DNA of 64,000 bases from Mobula hypostoma (lineage: Eukaryota): positions 218,428,001-218,492,000 of the forward strand of contig NC_086097.1 in assembly GCF_963921235.1 (NCBI RefSeq). Direction: 5' to 3'. Shown here in pieces: positions 12,103 through 21,959 of this stretch. The notes under the pieces were generated by a model that saw nothing but the letters and a program-made list of their open reading frames with translations, was not told the origin of the DNA and searched no databases. Every line of letters starts with the position of its first letter. Within the stretch, counting starts at the first letter, position 1. A program made the translations under genes and the position numbers.

Positions 12103-12727
12103 AAGATTAGATTATGAGGACACACAGTCCTCTTTTATTTTCATTTAGAAATGATTGTCATTGCATTAAGAAATGATACAATATTCCTCCGGTGTGATAT
12201 CACAGAATCACAGGACAGACCAAGACTGAAAAACTAACAAAAACCACATAATTATAGCATATAGTTACAACAGTGCAACAATACCATAATTTGATGAAGA
12301 ACAGGCCATGGCACAGTAAAAAAGTTCAAAGTCTCTTGAAAGTCCCACACCTCACGCACACGGGAGAAGGAAGAAAACTCTCCCTGCCGTGTCCGACCAC
12401 AGTCCGACTCTGAGTTGTCCGAAAACTTCGAGCCTCCAACCAGCCCTCCGATACCGAGCACCATGTCTGCCGAACGCTTCGACCTCAGCCTTGGTCGCCA
12501 GCAGCAGGCAAAGCCGGGGATTTTGGGGCCTTCCCTCTGGAGATTCTCAATCGCGCAGTAGCAGCGGCAGCGAACCGGGCATTTCAGAAATTTCTCCTGA
12601 TGTTCCTCTGTGCCTTCTCACATCTGTCTCCATCAAATCAGAATTGTGCACGGCATCCTACTTACAAATACGATATTTCACCGGACAGCTGCGCGCGCTG
12701 TGTTGTGCCGCCATCTTCTCCTCCCAC
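12103..12727 (-). mobile_element. Non-autonomous LINE-derived element (YY1-motif 5' end, AATAAA plus (AATCT)n tail)
   Basis: The minus strand starts ggtgggaggagAAGATGGCGGC and ends aataaaagaggactgtgtgtcctcataatctaatc. GC-rich 5' half, no ORF homology. Confidence 0.65.
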
Positions 12728-13884
12728 CTAATATAGGGAGGTCATAGGGAGATTAGGGAGATTATAGGGAGATCATCCCTCTACCTCCAGCAAATGGATA
12801 AAGAAATCAAACCTGGAATTAAAATCTTTCCAATTGATTCCCAGGTATTTTTCTTTGCACATTCACACTGTATTCATGATTCATTTATAACATGTATGAT
12901 TCTCCTGATGAATGAGAAAATTTTATTTTTTCAGTTCCTCCTACAGATGTTTATGTTATCAAAATATGGTTTCCCTACTCCTAATAGTTTTCTAATCACA
13001 TTGCAATTGTGGCCATTGTGTATGAACTGGCTTCCTATCAGACTCAATTGTATTTTCTATCAGCAGATTGAAAACAAAGCTACATACATGCTACACCCTA
13101 CAGATTACAAAAAGCAGATATTGGAGTGATTTTCCAGTAAACCAATTGTGTATCCAGATGCCTGTTAGAAAGCACTTTAACTTATACATGTAGTCTATGA
13201 CATCATCAATTCCCCTTAATGAAAGCATTATAGTGCAGTTTGTCACCTATCCATTATTTCTAACCTATCGAGCTTCAGTATCTGACTGACCCTCACAGCA
13301 TTTCAGTCCGAATGTTTTTACAATATGCTTTGCATCCTGTTTAGTTAGTACTGGAGAGAAGTTTGACATACATACATAACTTAGCTTCCCCTCTATCTCC
13401 ACTTTTGCTCTTTTGTGCTCCTGAAGTAATTTATTACAATACTGTGGAAGCATGGTTACCATACCAAATGACTTGTGTATATTTTCTGGCTTACAAATAA
13501 AATTATGGATGTTTGTAAAAATGGAACATTTGTAACCTGGGGGCAGCCAGTAGTTTTGTTTTAGAAGCAGAGGTACCAAGAATATATTGTGAATTCTATA
13601 CTTGTATCAAACAAGCAGCACATAATACAGATACCTTACTTAGCTCAAATCTGCCAAGATACAGATGTAGGGTTTGCATGAAATAACAATGAACCTGTCA
13701 TCAGTCACTGTTTTGAAGGAGTAGCTGACAAAAGCTATCTGAAGTACAACAACATTCAGAAAACTACAGTGATGTACCATCTTTACAGGGAACACTGTTG
13801 TAAATTTACTGAGTAAATTGACGTGTATTCAAGATTTTATATACTGTCTGCTGAAAGAATACTCCGGGGGAGTCAAAATATCTG

Positions 13885-14353
13885 CTGTGGGCCCGAAGAC
13901 CCAAGATCTTTGTGCTCTTCGGGCACAGAGCTCGGAAAAAGCGTCATAACGGACTTTTAACATCGTAAACCAGCGAGTTGTTTGTTATGTCTCCCCTCTC
14001 GCTGGTGAAAAAATGGAGACACCTTTTTAAGGAGAGAAAGAATGTCGTATGTTGGATGAAACGCGAAGTCTTTGGGGTAACTGCAAATCTGTGTCTTTGC
14101 TATTGCTTTGCTCATGCTGAGTGCTTGGTGGTGGTACTGATGCTTTTTTTTTGTCTCTGGAGGGAGGGGGGATTGTTGCTCACTGCTGCTTACGCGAGGG
14201 AGGGAGGGGTGCTGGGGGGGACTTTGGGGTTCTTACGTTTATCTGTCGTTCATTCTTTGGGGCACTTCTCTGTTTTTGTGGATGTTTGCGAAGAAGAAGC
14301 ATTTCAGGATGTATATTGTATACATTTCTCTGACATTAAATTGGACCTTTGAA
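13885..14353 (+). mobile_element. Non-autonomous LINE-derived repeat, 3' portion
   Basis: GT-rich 3'UTR-like sequence ending tctgacattaaattggacctttga. A loosely similar minus-strand segment lies at ~47880-48110. Confidence 0.5.
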
Positions 14354-14539
14354 GATGTTTTGTGGAATGAGGTGAATGTGTGTTCTTCTAAATATATTAA
14401 ATAATAATTAACTAATCAATCGTGTTGTTTTTGTAAAAGTAATTCTAATTTTGTGGGTTCTAACTCCTGAGAATAATTATAAAATTTAATGGATTTTAGT
14501 TTGTTCATGATAATTCAGATTTCATTTTTAATCCATATA

Positions 14540-15300
14540 CAGTGGATTCTGTTTAATTGGACCATCAGTTAATTGAGACAGCTGCTTATTTGGGACAACA
14601 TTTAAAGAACAAAAGCTAATTGAGAAAATTGTCAGGATTCCCTTCATTTATTTGGGATGCTATGCTGCTTAATAGGGGTAGGGGACTTGCCAAGCAGGTT
14701 CTAACTAGTGTTAGTCGTACACACTTGTGTGCCCATTAGACTCTGCACCATGCTTAAAGCAAACAATTTTAAAATAGTGTCATTTGCGCGTATTGGTGAG
14801 AAACAAGCAGTAAGATAATTCCAGACATTTTTGCTCACTGAGGTTTCAAGCATTCAGGGATGAAAGAAATAGCCAGGAGTGAAAGTGAAATGATTGCACT
14901 ACTTCAACATGTTAAGAACTATGAAGACTTTGAAGTGATTGACAATAAACTTGAACGTTGCAAGTGAAAATGAAGATTTGTGGTATGCAATTATCAATGG
15001 CATTATATGAAGACAGTCCATTATCTGCACAGGTGTCTGCACTGGTTGGTTAATTGTGTACACTAGATTGATTCCTCTGTTGATAATTATTAGGAACTAA
15101 TACAATGTTTTATAGTACTGTAGTACTATTGGTAGTGTTCTAAGTTGTTCTGTATTTCATTTAAATACATAATTTGTTCATCAGTTTGTCTTTATTATAC
15201 CTTTTCAACTATTTCCACGAAACTTCAACTAATTGGGGAACCATTTAATTGAGCCAAAATATACTGGTCCTGTTGTGCTCCAATTAACTGGAATCCATTG
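14540..15300. mobile_element. Tc1/mariner-superfamily (pogo/Tigger-like) MITE
   Basis: Left TIR CAGTGGATTCTGTTTAATTGG; right TIR (reverse complement) CAATGGATTCCAGTTAATTGG. TA TSD at 14538-39 and 15301-02. Confidence 0.85.
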
Positions 15301-15504
15301 TATATGGTAAAATATTTCATTAATATACTTAACAAATTAATAAAAATTGGATATTTTTAAAAAAATGTCTGTTGCCCCTCAGACTGTATCTGATCAGCTG
15401 ACCAGAATAGTTCAATTTTAGTGATAGACTCTCAATATTGTTTGCTGCAGAGAATATCTTTTAAAAGGTGGATAATGGTTCCTCAAGAGAGAATGGAAAA
15501 TCCA

Positions 15505-17057
15505 AGCTCCACTGCCCAAGAAGAGCAGGGTGAGCTGTCACAACTGTCACTCAGTTGCACTCACATCTTACTGCTTTGAGAGGTTGGTCATGACCAGGAC
15601 CAACTCCTGCCTAAGCAAGGACATGGACCCTCTTCAATTTGCCTATCACTGCAGTAGGTCTACAATGGATACAATGTCACTGGCTCTCCCCTCTGCCTTG
15701 GGTCACCTAGACAATAGTAATACTTGTGTCCGACTGCTCTTTATTGATTGCAGCTCCGCATTCAACACAATCATACCGTCAGTTCTAATCAGGAAGGAAG
15801 GAAGGAACGTTGACTCAGACCATGAGAGGCCTGTGTCGGGCATTTTCATGCCTTACAAGGCGCAGATTGGAAGTCTGTGTGGGGCGCCACTCCTCGCACA
15901 GACTAGAACAATGTGTGATTAAGTGCCTTGCTCAAGAACACAAACACACCGCCACAGCTGAGGCTCGAACCAGCGACCTTGAGATCACTAGACGAACGCC
16001 TTAAACACTTGGCCACGTGCCCAGCAACAAGCTCCAAAACCTGGGCCTCTGTATCTCCCTCTGCAACTGGATCCTTGACTTCCTCATTGGGAGACCACAG
16101 TCAATGCCGTTCAGAAATAACATCACCCCCTTGCTGACAATCAACATCGGTACATCTCAAGGATGCATGTTTACCTCTTTGCTCTACTCTCTCTAAACCC
16201 ACAACTGTGTCGCTGGGCACAGCTCAAATGCTGATGGCACAATTGTTGTTGGCAGAATCTCAGATGGTGACAAGGGAGCGTGAAGGAGTGAGGTAGATCA
16301 GCCAGTTGAATAGTGTCACTTCAGGAGCCTTGCACTCAATGTCAGTAAGACCAAGGAATTGATTTTGGATTTCATGAAGGAGAAGTTGAGGGAACACACA
16401 TCCAATCCTCATCAAGGAATCAGCAGTGGAAAGGTTGAGCAGTTTCAAGTTCCTGGATGTTTGCATTTCTGAGGATTTATCCTGTGCCCAACATATTGAT
16501 GCAATTACAAAGAAGGCATGCCAGCTGCTATATGTCATTAGGAGTTCGAGGAAATCTGCTGTGTCACCAAAAGACGCTTGTAAATTGCTGCAGATGTACC
16601 ATGCAGAGCATTCTAAGTAGTTACATCACCATCTGGTATGGATGTGCTACTGTACAGGATTTTGGAGAAAGCTGCAGAGGATTGCAGTCTCAGCCAGCTC
16701 CATCATGAGCATTATCTTCAAAAGGTGATGCCTTAAAAAATGTGGCATTCATCATTAAGAACCTCCATCACCCAGGGCATGCCCTCTTCTCACTGTTACC
16801 ATCGGGAAGGAGGTACAGAAGCCTGAAGGCACACACTCAGCGATTAAGGAACAGCTTCTTCCCCTCTGCCATCTGACACACCTCACTTTTATTATTTCTG
16901 TTTTTGCACTATTTTTAATTTAACTATTTAATATACTATATATACTTACTGTAATTGACTTATTTATTTTCTTTCTATATTATCATGTATAGCATTGTAC
17001 TGCTGCCACTAAGTTAACAAATGTCACGACAAATGACGATGATATTAAACCTGATTA
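15505..17057 (+). mobile_element. Rex1/Babar LINE, 5'-truncated, interrupted by a SINE
   Basis: VALTS..CFERLV, DPLQFAY, VRLLFIDCSSAFNTIIP and ERLSSFKFLDVCISEDLS. Tail gatattaaacctgatt. Confidence 0.88.
15792..16025 (-). mobile_element. tRNA-derived SINE, same head as 10750/54580 but tail type 2 ending (TTCC)n
   Basis: Reverse complement reads gggcacgtggccaagtgtttaaggcg...ggttcgagcc...ttgagcaaggcacttaatcacacattgttct, then a different body. Confidence 0.88.
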
Positions 17058-17139
17058 AAAGACACACACTCAGTGCTTTAGGAACAGTTTCTCCCCCTCT
17101 GCCATCACACCATCAGTTTTCTGAATGGACAATGAACTG

Positions 17140-17835
17140 ACTATGCGTCCGGTGCTCCCGGCACGGCCTTCTATATATCGGTGAGACACGACGCAGACTC
17201 GGAGACCATTTCGCTGAACACCTACGCTCTGTCCGCCAGAGAAAGCAGGATCTCCCAGTGGCCACACATTTTAATTCCACATCCCATTCCCATTCTGATA
17301 TGTCTATCCACGGCCTCCTCTGCTGTCAAGATGAAGCCACACTCAGGTTGGAGGAACAACAACTTATGCTCTGTCTGTGTAGCCTCCAACCTGATGGCAT
17401 GAACATTGATTTCTTTAAATTCTATTAATGCCTCTCCTCCCCTTCTTACCTCATCCCTTATTTATTTTTATTCCCCCTCTTTTTTCTTTTTTTTCTTCTC
17501 TCTCTGTCCCTCTCACAATCACTCCTTGCCTGCTCTCCATCTGCCTCTGGGCTCCCCTCCCCCTTTCTTTCTCTCTAGGCCTCCCATCCCATGATCCTCC
17601 CCCTTCTCCAACTCTGTATCCCTTTTGCCAAACAACTTCCCAGCTCTTAGCTTTATCCCTCCCCCTCCTGTCTTCTCCTATCATTTTGGATTTCCCCTCC
17701 CCCTCCCACTTTCAAATCTCTTACTATCTCTTCTTTCAGTTAATCCTGATGAAGGGTTTCAGCCTGAAACGTCGACTGTACCTCTTCCTATGGATGTTGC
17801 CCGGCCTGCTGCATTCCAGCAGCATTTTGTGTGTG
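17140..17835 (+). mobile_element. Penelope-like element 3' end (GIY-YIG endonuclease remnant plus terminal repeat)
   Basis: Encodes YIGETRRRLGDHFAEHLRSVR (the YIG motif), then a pyrimidine-rich UTR and the terminal repeat ctgatgaaggg...gaaacgtcgactg...gatgttgcccggcctgctg. Confidence 0.85.
17737..17778 (+). ncRNA. Minimal type I hammerhead ribozyme motif in Penelope terminal repeat
   Basis: CTGATGA (17746-52), stem II agg/cct, GAAA (17766-69), C, then GTC (17771-73; predicted cleavage after 17773). Stem I forms from upstream taatc with downstream gactg (one mismatch). Confidence 0.7.
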
Positions 17836-19849
17836 GTGCTTGTAATTTATATTTCTTTTATGTTGCTGCACTATATTGCTGCTACAAAACAACAAATTTC
17901 ATGACATATTCCACAGATATTAAACCTGATTCTGAGTTACGTCTCCAACAACTCCCCTTTGATTTATTTTGGCGAAATATAATAATAGCACACAGTCAAC
18001 CTGCCAGCTCATCTTGGAGACGTGGGATGGAATCTTAACATGTGGCAGAAACACGCGTGATCATGGAGTGAATGGGGAAGCTTCACCCAGACAGCGGCTC
18101 ATGTCAGGTTCAAGCTGAGTTTCTTGGAGCTGCAAGGCACTGCACTATCATGCTGCCCCAATCATAATTTCACAACAATATCCCCTATCTTAGGCTAAGG
18201 GTGCCAAAATGAAAATCAGCACCATAGTTTTATTGAAATAACATACAATGAAGTTGATGACAAGGACTGAGATGGAACCAGAATAATAACACTTAAGACA
18301 TAATATTCCACTTCACTTATTTTGTGAGTTGGGTGGGGGGGGGGGAGAAACAAAGACATATCTATTGGCCCTAATCTAATATTGTAATGCAAAAGCCCTG
18401 CTGAACTTACTGCACAGGAAAGAATAAATATATAATCTAGAAACAATGGCACAAACTGTTTGGATACTTATGGTAAGTAACAAAAAATAGCAATGACAGC
18501 ATCCTCACAATGGTAGCTGCATACTTTAAAATGAAAACAATTCATAATTACATGCAAATCTGTGTATTCTGTAATATTCTGCTTATCCTGGGAATAGGGG
18601 AAAAAGTAACAATCTAAGGCGATATGGCATGGAAGCAGCAGCCAACAGTATGACAATTCATATGAATACCTTATCGCAGGGCAGCACTTTTCCTGATCTG
18701 ACATATTTGCAACAAAGAGGTTAAATTAGGAAAGTAAATAAGAATTATAATTACAAGTGACTAGGAACTCAGATCCATTTTCATATAACAGAGGTTATTT
18801 CCTGACGTGTTCCAAATCCAATATCTGCTTACTTCAACCTGTAATGCAAATAAGGATTTCCAGGATCTGCAGAATCTCCTGTGTTTGTTTGTTAGTCAGA
18901 TGCTGTACCTGATAAAATGCAGTAAAATGATTTTTGAATTTTTATTTGGCTTCATTAATGTACGGGAAACATCAGTACAGGCAGAAAACATTAGTGAACA
19001 AGAATCTGAAATAGGCATAGAAAATGCTGGAAACTGTGGATTGGGAAGCAGAGTTAATATTTCATGACCTTCATGCTGCATAGAAAGCAGAGCCTTCATC
19101 CCACCTGGTCTTCAGGTACCCATTTACATAATCCTATTAATTCTCACGTATGTATCAACTGCCCCCCAGGTTCTACCGTTCTCCATCACCATCATACTGT
19201 ACCAATTCACTGTTGCCAATTAACTATCTTCTTTGGAATGTGGGAGAAACCCAATGCACCTCGAGGAGGAAACCTCCGCGGCCACGGGGACAATGTGCAG
19301 TTAGTTCTTAATTCTATATTTGGCTCGAGGTTACAATGAAGTCTTCAGCCCCGGAAGTCCTTGACAGAACTTGGTCACGTGGGTGTTTGGTGCTGTGATG
19401 CCTTGTACCTTGACTGGGAAGATACTGGCAGAGTCATTTCAAGCATCGGTGAATCAAGAACAAGGGCCAAAGGTTTAAAATTAGGATACAAAATAGGTGA
19501 AATAGTTTTGCTCACGGCTTTGGAATTCTAAAGGAGGGACGGTATCAAGACATATCTTGGCAAAATTACAGAAATATCTTCAAATAGTGGTTGAAGAAAG
19601 TGAACCAAAACGATTTAGGAATAATCGGAATTAATTAGATAGGATGGGCTGAAGGATGTGATATAAATCTAAGACCCGAGCACAAAGCATTGAAATACTG
19701 GTATCTCGGGTTCAAGCAAACTTGCTTCCCTTTCGCTTTCTGTGGGCTCTCAGGTGGCCAGTCTGGGATTTGCAGACTCAGAAGGGGCAATGATTAATGG
19801 GGCAGATGGATAACTTCCCGCAATAATAATAAATATTTTAGTCATGAGA

Positions 19850-20062
19850 AAAACTTCTTCACTCAGAGTGAGAGTGTGAAATGAGCTGCCAGCACAAGTG
19901 GCCGCTGCGAGTTCGATTTCAACGTTTAAAAAAAGTCTGGATAGGTACATGGATAGTAGCCATATAAAGGGTAGGTGGTTGGGAGTAGACAATTTAAATG
20001 GTTTCGGCATGGACTAGATGGGCCGAAGGGCCCGTTTCTGTGCTGTACTCCTCTATGACTGA
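19850..20062 (+). mobile_element. CR1 3' end fragment
   Basis: ttcttcactcagagtg...ggactagatgggccgaagggcccgtttctgtgctgtactcctctatgact. Confidence 0.85.
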
Positions 20063-20186
20063 TACACTTATACACTTGCTGGTGTCAAATCCCACTAACT
20101 CTAAAGGTAATGAGATGGGATTGTTAGAATTAACCTAAAAGTTTTTTTGCCACTATGCAGTAATTATTCTCTCTCCCTCACACTCC

Positions 20187-20283
<97 letters not shown>
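20187..20283. repeat. Compound (CT)n(CA)n microsatellite
   Basis: Directly visible. Confidence 0.97.
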
Positions 20284-20284
<1 letters not shown>

Positions 20285-20969
20285 TACACACCATCAGTTA
20301 TTAGTTCTCAGCTTCATTAAACCGTTCAGGGCCATTTAGAACTTGAATGCAATAGAGGTTGCCGATGATGCAGAAAGAAAACGCATTCGACTATTCAGTA
20401 TTAGATTACTTCACTTGCGCCACCTAGCGCAGCACAGAAATATTTTTTTGGAGACGAAATTCTACCGAAAATAAAAGGGAAATGTAATTTAAAAAATTGT
20501 TTTGCAACCTTTGCGTGGTATTGTCAGTTTGCTTAAATGAAAAACACAATGATTAATTTACAGGTTTATTACGTTAGCGCCTTTAATCAATGGCATGTCA
20601 TTTTTACGCATCTATTCACTAAACATTCTCTTAAAGTTCGGGTCCACGTGCAATTCAGATTTCAATATGTTTGTATTGGTTTCATGTATATCAGTTCCCA
20701 AGTTTGATGGATTTTATGATTTGATGAAGTTCAGCAAACAAGATGGTTCTTCCTGTTGGACCATTCGTGTCACTTGTAAGGACTATCAACTTTTATTTTC
20801 AACTTGTCTTGTTTTGCTTGTTTTTTAAAAAAAATATATCATTACAGCTGACAGGTCGTTATCTGAAACGTAATGATTTTAATTAAGTTTTACGTTACGG
20901 ACGTTTTCACTTTTAAGGATGTTTAGAAGAAACACGCTGACAATTGGAAGAAATTCCCCCCCCCCAATT

Positions 20970-21455
20970 CTTTATACCTTCTCCGTTCTGGCCCGCCGAA
21001 GGGTTTGGGCCCGAAACGTCGACTGAATTTTTCCCACAGATGCTGCCTGGCCTGCTGAGTTCCTCCAGCATTTTGTGTGTGTTGCCCCCGTTCTGGCTCT
21101 CCTGTTAATCGTTTACCTCACCTGCCCTCCCTTCTACCAAAGTCCACTGTCCTTTCCGATCAGATTCCTTCTTCCCCCTCTTTTTTTCATCTATCACCTC
21201 TCAGGTTTTTACTTCATCCTCTCGCTCCCCCCTCACCTTCCCCCTCATCTGGTCCCACTTATCCCTCCCCACTTTCTAATTCTGGTTTCTTCCCCCTTTT
21301 CCAGTTCTGATGAAGGTCCTCGGTCAGAAAAGTCGGCTGTTTATTCTTCTCTACAGAATGTTTATTCCTTCCGCTATTTTCCTCCGTTCCCCATTTTCCA
21401 TTTCCCTCAAGTTCCTCCGGCTTTTTGTATATGTTGCTCCGCAGAATCTCTTTTG
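20970..21455 (+). mobile_element. Tandem Penelope-derived repeats, each with a hammerhead-like motif
   Basis: Cores at 20993 (ccgccgaagggtttgggcccgaaacgtcgactg) and 21307 (cagttctgatgaagg...gaaaagtcggctg), separated by a pyrimidine-rich UTR like that at 17430-17740. Confidence 0.75.
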
Positions 21456-21721
21456 TTCCGAATCTCTGAACAAAACAGTACTTGTAAATTTGGCCTCTCT
21501 TTTCCAGATTTTGGTCCCATTAGTAGTGGGAACTCTTTGCTCTGTGAGAAGTAAAACCGAAGCTTCATGGGGTTCTCCCTATAAGTTAAGACCATTAAGA
21601 AACAAAATCAAAGATAGCGTTTGCAGTTGATGTACGGCCGGGACTAAGACGCAATTGGGGACAGATTTCGTGGAAACATTCCCGGTATCCTAGGTGTGCA
21701 AGCGACGTCGGGGACACGAGG

Positions 21722-21935
21722 GTCTGCAGAAGCTGGAAATTTGGATCAACGCTGGAGGAACTCGACATGTCAAGCAGCATCGAGGGAGGGAAATGGAGAC
21801 CCTATGTTTTGGGCCAAGACCCTTCATCGGGACTGTTGCTAACGAAGGGTCTTTGCCTGAAACATCGACTGCTTATTTCCTTCCAGAGACGTCGCCTGGA
21901 CGCGTTGAGTTCCTCCAGCGCTGTGCGTCTGTTGT
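21722..21935. mobile_element. Back-to-back inverted Penelope-derived terminal repeats with two degenerate hammerhead motifs
   Basis: Minus strand cagtcCCGATGAagggtcttggcccAAAAC (21835-21806). Plus strand CTAACGAagggtctttgcctGAAACATCgactg (21839-21871). Confidence 0.75.
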
Positions 21936-21959
21936 CCTTGCGATGTTCAGTATATTGTA

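Noticed and set aside
12734..12776. Short (TAGGGAGAT)-like tandem repeat
   Set aside because: Only 3-4 degenerate units, not telomeric and with no unique spacers. No CRISPR-like array was seen anywhere in the window.
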